From Candidatus Woesearchaeota archaeon (GTDB taxonomy: Archaea; Nanobdellota; Nanobdellia; SCGC-AAA011-G17; ARS1403), in the NCBI GenBank assembly GCA_016188065.1, contig JACPIN010000005.1:13646-77645 (forward strand): a stretch of DNA of 64,000 bases, written 5' to 3'. A program made the position numbers and the translations under genes. Below, piece after piece: positions 1 to 9,993 of the stretch. Position 1 is the stretch's first letter; each line of letters begins with the position of its first letter. The notes beneath the pieces are model-generated. The model did no database searches. It was given only the letters and a program-made list of their open reading frames with translations, and had not been told where the DNA came from.

Positions 1-131
1 AATACCGTTGCATCTTTCTTTGGATTTTGAGCAACAACATTTCCTGTAGTTCCTTCAGAGTTTGTAAATACGAATCCTCCTGCTAGAAAAACTATTATAA
101 TTACAATGACTAAAATTGTTAAATTTTTCAT
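1..131 (-). CDS. Partial CDS running off the window start; N-terminal signal/TM segment of a secreted or membrane protein
   Basis: ATG at 129-131 on the minus strand opens a frame reading MKNLTILVIVIIIVFLAGGFVFTNSEG... to position 1; hydrophobic N-terminus. Confidence 0.3.
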   Translation of the reverse strand, partial: MKNLTILVIVIIIVFLAGGFVFTNSEGTTGNVVAQNPKKDATV

Positions 132-162
132 ATTATTTTATTTGTATTTCATTTATTTAAAG

Positions 163-849
163 TTATCCGAAAATCCCACTCCTAGGACCAAACACGATAA
201 TCCCTGTTGTTATCGACATTAAAATAAAGGATATAACTATTGTGGAAAAATGATCTTCTTTTCTTTTTCTCTCTTCCCTGTTCATTTCTTTATATATCAT
301 ATAATTAAGACTAAATAATATAATTGCTGAAATTAAAAACACAATAAATGTAGCTGCTCTTAAATTGTCATTGAAAAGCATGAAAGCAGTCATTGCCCCC
401 ATTAACCCCCCCATGAAGCCGGCCATTATTCCCTCCATAATCCCCATTATCCCGCAACATTTTCCATTCCATATTCCGAGAATTATTCCGATGCTCATTC
501 CAAAAATACTTCCGTAGAACATTCCGTTTGTAGAGGCCACAAAGAATCCTGGCAAAAATCCTGCAATCATTCCAATAGTCATTCCAATCATCATTCCAGA
601 CATGCATGGAAACTCTCTGTATGCTCTAACCTGTCGGATTGTAGGGATAATCAAGGCATAACTCAGGGCTGCAAAAAATAAAAAAAATCCTTGCGCAGTT
701 ACAAAACCTTCTCTAAACCTGAACTCAAAAAAATATAAAACTCCTAGAAATATTAAAGACGTTGCAAGTGAATAAAATATTGTTTTAATCATCTCGCCTT
801 CAACCCTTTCATTTTTATTTATCTCTTTAAAAAATTCTTTTAATGACAT
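163..849 (-). CDS. Gly/Met-rich polytopic membrane protein (hypothetical)
   Basis: 228 aa ORF; several TM helices with GxxxG-type glycine zippers (GMMIGMTIGMIAGF, GIMGIMEGIMAGFMGG); no recognisable catalytic motif. Confidence 0.4.
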   Translation of the reverse strand: MSLKEFFKEINKNERVEGEMIKTIFYSLATSLIFLGVLYFFEFRFREGFVTAQGFFLFFAALSYALIIPTIRQVRAYREFPCMSGMMIGMTIGMIAGFLPGFFVASTNGMFYGSIFGMSIGIILGIWNGKCCGIMGIMEGIMAGFMGGLMGAMTAFMLFNDNLRAATFIVFLISAIILFSLNYMIYKEMNREERKRKEDHFSTIVISFILMSITTGIIVFGPRSGIFG

Positions 850-1343
850 TAGCCATCCTCCTTCATCATGTTTAATCCTAAAAAGATAATTAATATAAAT
901 GCTGTCATTGCCATCATCGGTATTGTGATATAACTATGGCTTAAAAAAAATGTTTCAGAGCAAGATGAAGAATAACCAATCACATCGCAATTACTTGTTT
1001 TTAATATAACAGGATAGTTAAACATTTTGTTACCTTTTTTTATTAATGCAAAACCAAAAAATAAAACCTGAGGATACATAAAAATTCTCTGCCACCAGCA
1101 TAAAATACAAGGAGTATATTTTAAAATCTCGGAATAAAATAAGCTGCCAAGAGTTGCAACCAAGGAGACGATAAATCCAAAAAGCAGATACCTTTTCTTA
1201 AAAAATAATCTAATCTTTTCAAGCTTGTAATTATTATTTATGATTTTGAATAAAAACCACAAAACCACAAATACAATAATAATGTCGCTTATTAAAGTAA
1301 GTGTTTTAAGCGTTTCAGGGATTATCTCCAAGGACATGTTCAA
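849..1343 (-). CDS. DsbB/BdbC-like membrane thiol-disulfide oxidoreductase
   Basis: 164 aa, 4 TM; motif TPCILCWWQRIFMYP matches the DsbB/BdbC CxxCxxQR signature; second Cys pair SNCDVIGYSSSC in a later loop. Confidence 0.5.
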   Translation of the reverse strand: MNMSLEIIPETLKTLTLISDIIIVFVVLWFLFKIINNNYKLEKIRLFFKKRYLLFGFIVSLVATLGSLFYSEILKYTPCILCWWQRIFMYPQVLFFGFALIKKGNKMFNYPVILKTSNCDVIGYSSSCSETFFLSHSYITIPMMAMTAFILIIFLGLNMMKEDG

Positions 1344-1433
1344 TTCTAGATATGTATTTTATATAAAAGTCCTTTTGTGAAACTAGTTTCAGTTACCGAA
1401 AACTTATTAAAAACAATAATTATTTGATAGATT

Positions 1434-1937
1434 ATGGAAAATAAAAATGTTGGATATCTAATTATGGGGATTTCTATATTAATCATATTTATTATCTTTC
1501 TGTTCAATAATGCAATGAAAGAAATAGTTACACAAGGTTGCCCGGCTGCACATCTAGGAATCTATTGCCCGGCATATAGAACAATAACGCAGCAAACTTA
1601 CTTATCCTTGAGTATAGTAGGACTGCTTATCACTGTCGGGTTAGTTTTGATATTCTCTAAACCTCAGAAGGAAATCCAGAAAGAGATAATTGTTCAGACA
1701 AAAACTATTGAAAAGAAACTTCCTAAGAAAAAAATTGACACTAGCGATCTTAAACCTGAGGAAAAACAAGTTTTTGAAATGATTCAAAATAATAAAGCAA
1801 TCTTTCAAGCAGACTTAATTGAAAAAACAGAGTTTGGAAAGGCAAAGATGACAAGGATAATTGACAGGTTAGAGGGTAAAAGTTTTGTGGAAAGAAAAAG
1901 GAGAGGAATGACTAACGTTGTGGTGCTGAAGGAATAA
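1434..1937 (+). CDS. Membrane-anchored winged-helix (MarR/TrmB-like) DNA-binding protein
   Basis: 167 aa; N-terminal TM helix plus a Cys pair (CPAAHLGIYCP), a second TM, and a C-terminal wHTH-like segment (QVFEMIQNNKAIFQADLIEKTEFGKAKMTRIIDRLEGKSFVERKRRG). Confidence 0.45.
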   Translation: MENKNVGYLIMGISILIIFIIFLFNNAMKEIVTQGCPAAHLGIYCPAYRTITQQTYLSLSIVGLLITVGLVLIFSKPQKEIQKEIIVQTKTIEKKLPKKKIDTSDLKPEEKQVFEMIQNNKAIFQADLIEKTEFGKAKMTRIIDRLEGKSFVERKRRGMTNVVVLKE

Positions 1938-1948
1938 TTTTTGCAAGT

Positions 1949-2620
1949 TTATCCAAAAATTCTGAAGACAAAGATTAAATAATATAAAGAGATCCCAAGC
2001 ATTAAAATTCCTGCTAACCTATTGATTGCTGATTTATGCTGAACTGCAAATCCTATAATTTTATCATTCCATTTTGAGGATAGTAATGAAAATATTAGAA
2101 GGGGGAAACCTAGACCTAGTCCAAATAATAAAAAATTAATCATGCTTGAGAAAAAGTTATCGATGATTAATGCCCTTGCAAAAAAGGCTGCTATGAAAGC
2201 TGGATTACAGGGGATTACGATAGCTCCGAAGAAGAAGCCGTATAGAAAAGCATTTAGTTTCGGATTCTTGCTTGTCGGTGTTTTTGGTTTTGGTATAAAC
2301 CTTGAAATGTCAAAATCAAATAAAAGCAAAATGCTTACAATCCCAAGAATTGAGAATGCTATTGGAGAAATTATTCCGATTATTTTTGTCAAAGAAATTT
2401 GAAATATTGTCGTGAATATTAATCCCAGCAGCAACATGAAAACTATCACGCCCAAAGTTATAGTCGCGCCGAACAATGCATAAATTTTTTTATTTCTTTC
2501 TTCTGAGGAGAACTGATTTGCAATGTATGCTAAGAAAGCGGGGTAAAGGGGAAGAACGCATACTGCTGTCAATGGTGTTAACAAACCCAAAACAAAAGAT
2601 GAAAAATCAACTAGTGCCAT
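1949..2620 (-). CDS. ccdA: CcdA/DsbD-family transmembrane thiol-disulfide electron transporter
   Basis: 223 aa, 6 TM; conserved CVLPLYPAFLAY (CcdA motif spCvlPllP) and a second Cys in IPCNP. Confidence 0.6.
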   Translation of the reverse strand: MALVDFSSFVLGLLTPLTAVCVLPLYPAFLAYIANQFSSEERNKKIYALFGATITLGVIVFMLLLGLIFTTIFQISLTKIIGIISPIAFSILGIVSILLLFDFDISRFIPKPKTPTSKNPKLNAFLYGFFFGAIVIPCNPAFIAAFFARALIIDNFFSSMINFLLFGLGLGFPLLIFSLLSSKWNDKIIGFAVQHKSAINRLAGILMLGISLYYLIFVFRIFG

Positions 2621-2621
2621 T

Positions 2622-3176
2622 TTAGCTGCATGAATTTATTGCCTCTTTTAATTCTGAGACAGATTTTACTCCTCTCCCCAACATCTTTGCTGATTGATCC
2701 TGACATATTAAAATTACAGGTGCTTGAGGTGCGTTTATTACCGAAGTGCCAAATTCTTCTATCAATTCTTTAGTCAGTTCTGCTGGTGAAATTGCATAGT
2801 ACCAGTCGAATTTGTTTCTTTGCAAATGCTCTCTTACTTTTTCTTCATCTTCATTTGAGTCTGTGTCTAGAGATATTGAAACTACAGAGTCCCCTATTTC
2901 TTCATGAAGCTCTTTTATTTTTCCTTGCTGCTTTGTACATACAGGACACCATACTGCAAAACTCTCCAGTAAAATCGGCTTGCCATTGAAATCGTTAATC
3001 GTAAATATTTTCTGAGAATTAATATCTTTTAATTGTGCATTTAAGATTGTTTCTGATAATTTTCCACTCGTTGGCTCTCTATCTGGAAGGGATGAATCTG
3101 TTGGAATTTCTGTGTGAGAGCAGCCAACTAAGAAAACTGAAAATGCTATGAATAAAAAATAAAATGATTTTTTCAT
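2622..3176 (-). CDS. Thioredoxin-fold lipoprotein (TlpA/ResA-like thiol-disulfide oxidoreductase)
   Basis: 184 aa; lipobox-like signal peptide (LVGCSH); WCPVC thioredoxin active site. Confidence 0.7.
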   Translation of the reverse strand: MKKSFYFLFIAFSVFLVGCSHTEIPTDSSLPDREPTSGKLSETILNAQLKDINSQKIFTINDFNGKPILLESFAVWCPVCTKQQGKIKELHEEIGDSVVSISLDTDSNEDEEKVREHLQRNKFDWYYAISPAELTKELIEEFGTSVINAPQAPVILICQDQSAKMLGRGVKSVSELKEAINSCS

Positions 3177-3218
3177 ATTTAGAGTATAAAGATATTTTTA
3201 TATAAACTTTTCTGACAA

Positions 3219-4514
3219 TTATTTCCTACAGACTAATGAATACATCGCATATCCTATTGCTGTCAAGATTATCCCGCCAATAACAACTTTTGAATTTAAG
3301 TGGAACAACATGAACAAGGAGCTTATAATTCCAAGAAAAGCAAGCACTGGAAACTTTCCAATGTTGCATGGAGATCTGAAAGTTCTTTTAAGCTTGGGAT
3401 ACTTATACCTAGAAACAATCAAAGCTGCATTAACAGTAATGAATGTTCCATAAATCGTGAAATCCGTTATTGAAGCAACTAAAGTTATATCTTTGAACAA
3501 AGTGAAAATCATTGTAAACAACATGACAAGAATAACTGCTATCCACGGTGTTTTTCTCTTTTCATGCACCCTCGATAAAAATCTTAATTTCCTGTATTCA
3601 TGACCCATCCCGTAGGTTAATCTAGACGTTGTTAAAAGCAATAACAAAACTGTATTTCCTGTAGAAAATAATGCAATCACGGATAAAATAAAGAAAGCTT
3701 TATCTCCAAAAACTGATGCCGCAACATCTGCCAGAGGAGCTTTGCTCTCCCCTAATACTTTATAATCAAGTATGCTGACTGCTGTAACTGCAACTAATAT
3801 GTAGATTATTGTTGTGATGATAATAGACAACACCAATGCTTTTGGAATAACTTTTTTTGCTGACTTTGTTTCTTCTGCCAGCTTTATAACGGCTTCAAAA
3901 CCTATAAATGCAAAAAAGATTAATGCTGCTGCAGCTGAAACCCCTGCAAACCCATTTGGCATCTCGAGAAGATTAACTGATCCTATTTTTGGTATTCCTA
4001 TAAAAATTATGAAAAGCAATCCAATGGTTTCTATAGCCGTGAAAAATACATTCAGCCACGAGCTCTGCTCAAGACCGTAATAATTGATGAATGAAAGAAT
4101 AACAACTAAAAGAATGGCAACAAGAAAAACAGGGATTGTAACAATGTTGGCGAATAAAGAAGAGAAATAACCTCCAAAGCCAAGAGCGACTGCAGCTGCT
4201 GAAATAACGCCTTCAAAGAAAATTAACCAAACAACTAAAAATCCTATGCGCTTTGAAAATGATTTTTCTGCATAAATATATTCACCTTCATCTTTTGAAT
4301 AAAGTGAAGAAAATTCAGCATAACTTAATCCTGTAAAAGCTGCAACGAAAGCTGCCAATAGAAAAGAGAGCCAAACTGCATTTCCAGCCATTCCTGCTGC
4401 TGATCCAATTAAGACATAAATTCCTGCTCCTAAAATAATTCCAACACCTGCAAATGTTGTCTGCCAGAGTGAAAGCCCTTTCTTAAGCCTTATTCCATCT
4501 TTAGATATTGTCAT
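3219..4514 (-). CDS. APC-superfamily amino-acid permease; possible arginine/ornithine or citrulline transporter given the context
   Basis: 431 aa, about 12 TM, Gly-rich helices typical of the APC fold; adjacent to the ornithine carbamoyltransferase gene. Confidence 0.7.
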   Translation of the reverse strand: MTISKDGIRLKKGLSLWQTTFAGVGIILGAGIYVLIGSAAGMAGNAVWLSFLLAAFVAAFTGLSYAEFSSLYSKDEGEYIYAEKSFSKRIGFLVVWLIFFEGVISAAAVALGFGGYFSSLFANIVTIPVFLVAILLVVILSFINYYGLEQSSWLNVFFTAIETIGLLFIIFIGIPKIGSVNLLEMPNGFAGVSAAAALIFFAFIGFEAVIKLAEETKSAKKVIPKALVLSIIITTIIYILVAVTAVSILDYKVLGESKAPLADVAASVFGDKAFFILSVIALFSTGNTVLLLLLTTSRLTYGMGHEYRKLRFLSRVHEKRKTPWIAVILVMLFTMIFTLFKDITLVASITDFTIYGTFITVNAALIVSRYKYPKLKRTFRSPCNIGKFPVLAFLGIISSLFMLFHLNSKVVIGGIILTAIGYAMYSLVCRK

Positions 4515-4532
4515 TTTATCTTTAAAGTAATT

Positions 4533-5393
4533 TTATTTTAATAGTTTTAATAATATGGCCTTTTCTATATGCAATCTGTTTTCTGCCTGATCATAAACTA
4601 AACTCTGCTTTGAATCAATGACCTCATCTGTTACCTCCTCATTTCTTGAAGCTGGAAGGCAGTGCATAAATTTCGCTTTTCCTAATAATTTTTTGTTTAC
4701 TTGAAACGGCTTGAGAAGGTTTTTTCTTTTTGCATATTGGGACTTCGGAACATGATAAGAATACCATGTATCTGTATAGACTATATCTCCTTTTGCATCT
4801 TTCGAACTAAATGAAAGAGAATATCTTCCAGAAATTTTGGTCTTCAATTCTTTTGGACAAACAATGTTCAACTTAATTCCTACCTTAGGACATGCATAAA
4901 TCAAGGAAGTTGTTATATTATTATCCGCATCTCCAATGAAAGTCAATTTTATTCCGTCTAATTTTCCAAAGTGTTCTTTTATCGTTAACAAATCTCCTAA
5001 TATCTGACATGGGTGGGAGAAATTTGTAAGCGCATTAATAACTGGGATTAAAGAATACTTTGCTAACTCTTCTAACTGCTTATGTTCATATAGTCTTGCC
5101 ATAATTACATTTACATATCTTGAAGTCACTTTTGAAAAATCCTTGATGGATTCTTTCTCTCCTAGAACTGAATGAGATAGATCATAGAAAATGGCATGCC
5201 CTCCTAATTGGTACATTGCTATATCGAAAGATAGATGTGTTCTTAATGAAGGCTTTGCAAACAGCATCAGCAAAGTTTTTCCTAATAATTTTTTAGAGAA
5301 TTTTTTTGGTTTTCTTTTTATTTTTTCTGCTAATGAGATAAAATCCAGAATTTCCTCTTTTGAAAAATCTTTTATGGATAAGAGATGTTTCAT
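4533..5393 (-). CDS. arcB: Ornithine carbamoyltransferase (catabolic type likely)
   Basis: 286 aa; SLRTH (STRTR-like carbamoyl-phosphate site), HPCQ and HCLP motifs of the OTCase family; clustered with carbamate kinase. Confidence 0.75.
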   Translation of the reverse strand: MKHLLSIKDFSKEEILDFISLAEKIKRKPKKFSKKLLGKTLLMLFAKPSLRTHLSFDIAMYQLGGHAIFYDLSHSVLGEKESIKDFSKVTSRYVNVIMARLYEHKQLEELAKYSLIPVINALTNFSHPCQILGDLLTIKEHFGKLDGIKLTFIGDADNNITTSLIYACPKVGIKLNIVCPKELKTKISGRYSLSFSSKDAKGDIVYTDTWYSYHVPKSQYAKRKNLLKPFQVNKKLLGKAKFMHCLPASRNEEVTDEVIDSKQSLVYDQAENRLHIEKAILLKLLK

Positions 5394-6712
5394 TTTTTAA
5401 TTTTGAAATTTTTTAGCAACTTTTTTAGATTTAACTTACCGACTTCATGCAGTTCATAATCTACATTCACAATTGGCTTGTTTATTTTTAATAATTTAGA
5501 TAAATCAAATGGGCTACCATCAATAACAACATCACATTTTGCTCTATTTATGGTATCTCTCAAATCCTTCATTTGTTTGTGACTATAACCCATTGCAGGT
5601 AGAATTTTTTTTAAATGACTATATTTTTTATAAACTTCTTTTATCGAGCCAACTGCATATTTCTCAGCATCAATAATTACTTTTGCTTTATACATTTTTG
5701 CTGCAACAGTTCCTGCACCGAATTTCATTTCTCCATGTGTTAAAGTTGGACCATCTTCAACAACTAAAACTCTCTTGTTTTTTATCATCTCGGGCTTGTC
5801 AACAATTATCTTGGATTTTGCCATGATCACTTTAGCTTGAGGATTATATTGCTTAATATTGGCTAAAACGGTTTTAATACCTCCTTTTGGTGCAGTATCT
5901 ATTTTGTTAACAACAAAGACATCAGCCATTAGAAAATTAGCTTCTCCTGGATGATATTTTAGCTCGTGTCCTGCTCTATGCGGATCAACTACAACTATAT
6001 GCATGTCTGGTTTATAGAAGGGCAGATCATTGTTCCCCGAATCGAAAATTACAACTTGCGCTTCTTTCTCTGCTCTTTTTATTATCTTTTTATAATCAAC
6101 ACCTGCATAGATTGGAATTCCTAATTTTATCCATGGCTCATATTCCTCTCTTTCTTCAATTGTTACATCTGCTTTCTTTAAATCATCATAAGATGAAAAT
6201 CTTTGAACTTCTTCTTTTAATAAATCTCCATATGGCATGGGATGTCTGATAGCTACTACCTTGTAACCTTTTTCTCTTAGAATAATCCCAATTTTCCTTG
6301 ATGTTTGTGATTTTCCTGCACCAGTCCTTACTGCGCATACTGCAATAATTGGAATATTGTTTGTAATCATGGTCGAGCTAGGTCCCAGTAGATAAAAATC
6401 AGCTCCTGCTGCCAGGCACATAGAAGCCTTGTGCATTACATATTCATGTGAAACATCCGAGTAAGCGAAAATAACCTTATCTACTCTTAATTTTTTAATT
6501 AAGTAAGTTAATTGTGATTCTGGATAGAAAGGAATATCCATTTTATATAACCTTCCAGCTAATTTCTTTGGAAAACTCCTATTTTCTATTCCCGGAATCT
6601 GGTTTTGTGTAAAAGCTACAACATCATAATATGGGTTGTCTTTGAAATATTGTAAGAATACATGGTAGTCCCTTCCTGCAGCTCCGAGGATGAGCACACG
6701 TTTTTTATCCAT
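5390..6712 (-). CDS. P-loop NTPase with N-terminal Rossmann-like domain; resembles the cyclic 2,3-diphosphoglycerate synthetase-like family (uncertain)
   Basis: 440 aa; N-terminal VLILGAAGRDYH; central Walker-A-like AVRTGAGKSQTS; translationally coupled between the OTC and carbamate kinase genes. Confidence 0.35.
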   Translation of the reverse strand: MDKKRVLILGAAGRDYHVFLQYFKDNPYYDVVAFTQNQIPGIENRSFPKKLAGRLYKMDIPFYPESQLTYLIKKLRVDKVIFAYSDVSHEYVMHKASMCLAAGADFYLLGPSSTMITNNIPIIAVCAVRTGAGKSQTSRKIGIILREKGYKVVAIRHPMPYGDLLKEEVQRFSSYDDLKKADVTIEEREEYEPWIKLGIPIYAGVDYKKIIKRAEKEAQVVIFDSGNNDLPFYKPDMHIVVVDPHRAGHELKYHPGEANFLMADVFVVNKIDTAPKGGIKTVLANIKQYNPQAKVIMAKSKIIVDKPEMIKNKRVLVVEDGPTLTHGEMKFGAGTVAAKMYKAKVIIDAEKYAVGSIKEVYKKYSHLKKILPAMGYSHKQMKDLRDTINRAKCDVVIDGSPFDLSKLLKINKPIVNVDYELHEVGKLNLKKLLKNFKIKK

Positions 6713-6813
6713 TAAATCACCTCTTTGTCACAAGCTTAAAGATAAGTATTGTTCTTTATATAACTTTTTATAATTTTTACTTTATAAACTAACAAATAAT
6801 TAATAAGATTCTC

Positions 6814-7332
6814 TCAGAAATATCTAAAAACATTCCCTTCAGTCATAAATACTAATACTATTATGCCTATAAGACTTAAGATTATACCCATTATGCTTAA
6901 TAGTACTATTTTATTTTTTGAATTTTTGTAAGAGATTAGCAGTCCGATAAGAGTTGATATAAAGAAGCTTAATGTACTAAAAACGATTAGAAATATCAGG
7001 AAAAAAATCCCTGAAAGACCAGCCATATCATATGAGCCTCCGCCTGATTTAAAGAGGTTCTGATTCATCCAACCTATAAGCAAGGTGAGAAATAAAAGTA
7101 TTATCGGCAAGGCAATTCCTATTAGAATCCCGATGTAAATAGGTTTTAGTACCTTGCTATTTAAGAAAAATCTTGAACTAAACAATAAGCTTAGCATGAC
7201 TACCATAAAAGGTATGAATATTAAAAAGGGCCATTCTTCGACTTCAAAAATCCCCCAGAAGATACCAACTAACCCTATAATAATTGTTGCAATCATTGCA
7301 ATTTTTACAGATTTGGAATAATCTTCTAGCAT
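6814..7332 (-). CDS. Small polytopic membrane protein (hypothetical)
   Basis: 172 aa, 5 hydrophobic helices, no motif recognised. Confidence 0.35.
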   Translation of the reverse strand: MLEDYSKSVKIAMIATIIIGLVGIFWGIFEVEEWPFLIFIPFMVVMLSLLFSSRFFLNSKVLKPIYIGILIGIALPIILLFLTLLIGWMNQNLFKSGGGSYDMAGLSGIFFLIFLIVFSTLSFFISTLIGLLISYKNSKNKIVLLSIMGIILSLIGIIVLVFMTEGNVFRYF

Positions 7333-7333
7333 T

Positions 7334-8248
7334 TTACTTTGTTATTATTGTAGCTGAGCTTCCTTTTAAAGCCTTCTGTAAATTTTCCGGAGAACAGATT
7401 ATAACTTTTTTTCCTTTTTTTTCTAGGAAATTAATTGCTGCCTCTATTTTCGGTCCCATTGATCCTGGGGGGAAATGTTCTTGCATATAATAATCCCTAA
7501 GACTATCAAGATGAACCTTCTTTATTGGTTTTTGTTGCTTTGTTCCATAATTTAAATATGCATAAGGAACTGATGTGATCATTATTAACACCTCGGCTTT
7601 GATAGAATTAGCTAAACATGCTGAAGCCAGATCTTTATCTATTACTGCTTCCACACCTTTTAATTTTCCATTCTCTTCTATGACTGGAATCCCCCCTCCG
7701 CCTGCTGCAATTATTGTTGTAGATTTTAGCAATTTTTGAATCGTTTTTGCCTCTAAAACTTTTATAGGTTTTGGCGATGGAACAACTCTTCGATAACCCC
7801 TGTCTGCATCTTTCCTTAGCTTATATTTATTTTTTAACTTATCCGCACGGAGTTTTGTGTAAAAAGGTCCAATGAATTTTGTTGGATCTCTGAATGCGGG
7901 ATCATTTTTATCCACTAAGACCTGGGTTAATATTGTTGCAACGTCTCTTTTATGACTTCTTAATGAATTGATTAGTTGTGCTTCTAAAGGATAACCGATT
8001 AAACCTTGAGACTCAGCTCCGAGAATATCCAACGGCATTGGAGGAATTTTCTTTTTTGCTAATTCATTCTGAAGAGCAAGGTATCCGATCTCAGGACCAT
8101 TTCCAAAAGAAATTACTACTTTATGTTTTTTGATTATCGGAGCTAGAACTTTACAAGTTTTTTTAATATTATTAATTAAATTATAATAAGTCTGCTTTTC
8201 ACCTTTCTTGATTAATGCATTCCCACCAAGAGCGATAACTAGTTTCAT
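7334..8248 (-). CDS. arcC: Carbamate kinase
   Basis: 304 aa; N-terminal MKLVIALGGNAL hallmark; amino-acid kinase fold motifs (IAAGGGGIPV). Confidence 0.9.
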   Translation of the reverse strand: MKLVIALGGNALIKKGEKQTYYNLINNIKKTCKVLAPIIKKHKVVISFGNGPEIGYLALQNELAKKKIPPMPLDILGAESQGLIGYPLEAQLINSLRSHKRDVATILTQVLVDKNDPAFRDPTKFIGPFYTKLRADKLKNKYKLRKDADRGYRRVVPSPKPIKVLEAKTIQKLLKSTTIIAAGGGGIPVIEENGKLKGVEAVIDKDLASACLANSIKAEVLIMITSVPYAYLNYGTKQQKPIKKVHLDSLRDYYMQEHFPPGSMGPKIEAAINFLEKKGKKVIICSPENLQKALKGSSATIITK

Positions 8249-9526
8249 TTAGGTATGGCTTTCTCCGCAAGTTAGATAGTTGCAGATTTTTCCCGTATGC
8301 TTAAATCCAGATTCGTTTATTTTTTTATTGACAACTTCAATGATTCCTAATGCCTGATCAATCTCATTTTTAGAAACAATATAAGGAGGGATAATACGAA
8401 TTCCTTTTTCACCGCAGCCAAGCAGCACTAATCCATGCTTTAATGATTCTATAATAAAGTTATTTCTAATGCCTTTATCAGCCAAATCAAAAGCTAACAT
8501 TAATCCTTTTCCGCGAACATTTTCCAGATTTAAATCATTAAGCCCCTTTTTTAGAGAGTATCCCCTCCTTGTTATATTGCTTAATAATTTTCTTTTTTTG
8601 ATTATCTCTATGGTTTTTAATCCGACTGCCATGTCCAAGATATGTCCTCCTCCCCACGTTGAAGAAATGCTTCCAGATTCTACTGAGAATTTTTTGCTTG
8701 CAATTGCTGCTCCTACCTGCAATGCCTTTGCTGAGCTCATTATATCTGGAGTTATATTAAAATGCTGATGCGCCCACCATTTTCCTGTCCTGCCCATGCC
8801 AGATTGGACTTCATCGATAATAAATGGAATGTTGTAAGATTTAGTTATTTTTCTAATACCTTTCACTAATTTTTCTGGAGCTACATTATAACCCCCTTCA
8901 CCTTGAATTGCTTCCATCAAAACAAAAGCTATTTTTTGAGCTCCATCCTGCTTGATTATTTTTCTTAATTTTTCAATAGCATCTTCTGAAAACGGAAGTG
9001 TTTTATTTTGCAATGAAAAAAAATTCTGCTTATGAATTGGTTTTGAATGTGTGTATGACAATGCCCCCAAAGTACGACCATGAAAATCATTCTGAAAAGA
9101 GATTCCGAATTTGGCTTTTTTCTGTCTTCTCATTGCAAGTTTAATACAATTCTCGACAGCTTCTGCTCCTGAGTTTACTAAGAATGCCTTGTCTAAATTT
9201 TTTGGAACTATTGTCAATAATTCTTCCAGCAGATCTGCATGTTCTTTTACATTAAAATCCTGGCCTGCATATTTTATCGGATGCTTTTTGTAACTTTTTA
9301 CAACTTTATTTAACTCGCGATTATTGTAGCCTAGTGGATTTGAAGCTATCTGGGATGCAAAATCCAAAAACCAGTTTCCGTCTATGTCTTTGAAATAACA
9401 TCCATCTCCTTTTTTGGAATGAACATAAGGATAAGGATCAGAATATGCAATGTTTAATTTTTTTATTTTCTTGATTATTATTTCTGATTTTGGTCCTGGA
9501 AGTTGTGTTTTTATTTTAAGGTTCAT
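8249..9526 (-). CDS. Class III PLP-dependent aminotransferase (ornithine/acetylornithine/GABA aminotransferase family)
   Basis: 425 aa; GAEAVENCIKLA; IIDEVQSGMGRTGKWW (the DEVQTGxGRTG motif with the Schiff-base Lys region). Confidence 0.8.
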   Translation of the reverse strand: MNLKIKTQLPGPKSEIIIKKIKKLNIAYSDPYPYVHSKKGDGCYFKDIDGNWFLDFASQIASNPLGYNNRELNKVVKSYKKHPIKYAGQDFNVKEHADLLEELLTIVPKNLDKAFLVNSGAEAVENCIKLAMRRQKKAKFGISFQNDFHGRTLGALSYTHSKPIHKQNFFSLQNKTLPFSEDAIEKLRKIIKQDGAQKIAFVLMEAIQGEGGYNVAPEKLVKGIRKITKSYNIPFIIDEVQSGMGRTGKWWAHQHFNITPDIMSSAKALQVGAAIASKKFSVESGSISSTWGGGHILDMAVGLKTIEIIKKRKLLSNITRRGYSLKKGLNDLNLENVRGKGLMLAFDLADKGIRNNFIIESLKHGLVLLGCGEKGIRIIPPYIVSKNEIDQALGIIEVVNKKINESGFKHTGKICNYLTCGESHT

Positions 9527-9863
9527 CTTTTCCTAGTACTTCTTTTATTTCTGCTATATATTTTTTCATATAGATTATTTCTTTTCTGATATCGCCTGTG
9601 CCCACTTTTATCTCATTAACATCACTCTTTATATGGCTTATATCATTACTTACTCTACTAAAAGAATATATTGTTTTTATCTTAAACTCGCCAAATTCTC
9701 TGTTTAAATTATATAATAATCCGCCTAAGAAAGTAAAGATGCTAATTGTAATTGCTAAATCTGTAGCAGAATGCCCTATAATTCTAGTTAAAACAAGATA
9801 AACTGATAACAAAAATAAAATTATTAACAAAATCTTCAACCAATCTATTTTTTTTATAGCCAT
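9516..9863 (-). CDS. Small two-TM membrane protein (hypothetical)
   Basis: 115 aa ORF overlapping the aminotransferase start by 11 nt; hydrophobic core. Confidence 0.3.
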   Translation of the reverse strand: MAIKKIDWLKILLIILFLLSVYLVLTRIIGHSATDLAITISIFTFLGGLLYNLNREFGEFKIKTIYSFSRVSNDISHIKSDVNEIKVGTGDIRKEIIYMKKYIAEIKEVLGKDEP

Positions 9864-9993
9864 GGAAACCCCTCTTTTATCAAGACTATAACTAATAAGA
9901 TTAAAAACGTTATTAGAACTATCAACAAAAAATAATCAAACCATCCTTTTTTCATATAATCTAAGAAGGATATTACAAAATATATAAAACTTG

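Noticed and set aside
368-607. Numerous 60-160 aa ORFs on the strand opposite to long genes, for example 368..607, 2142..2402, 3814..4080, 10700..11167, 25422..25955, 36752..37117 and 50747..51154
   Set aside because: They are fully embedded antisense to genes with strong family signatures. Their low-complexity, codon-position-biased composition is typical of spurious shadow ORFs in AT-rich DNA.
5390-6712. Confident naming of the arcB-arcC intervening gene as cyclic 2,3-diphosphoglycerate synthetase
   Set aside because: The resemblance is from memory of family features (Rossmann N-terminus plus central P-loop). Without a profile search it could equally be a DUF1611-like or CobQ/MinD-like NTPase, so it is reported only as a low-confidence family guess.
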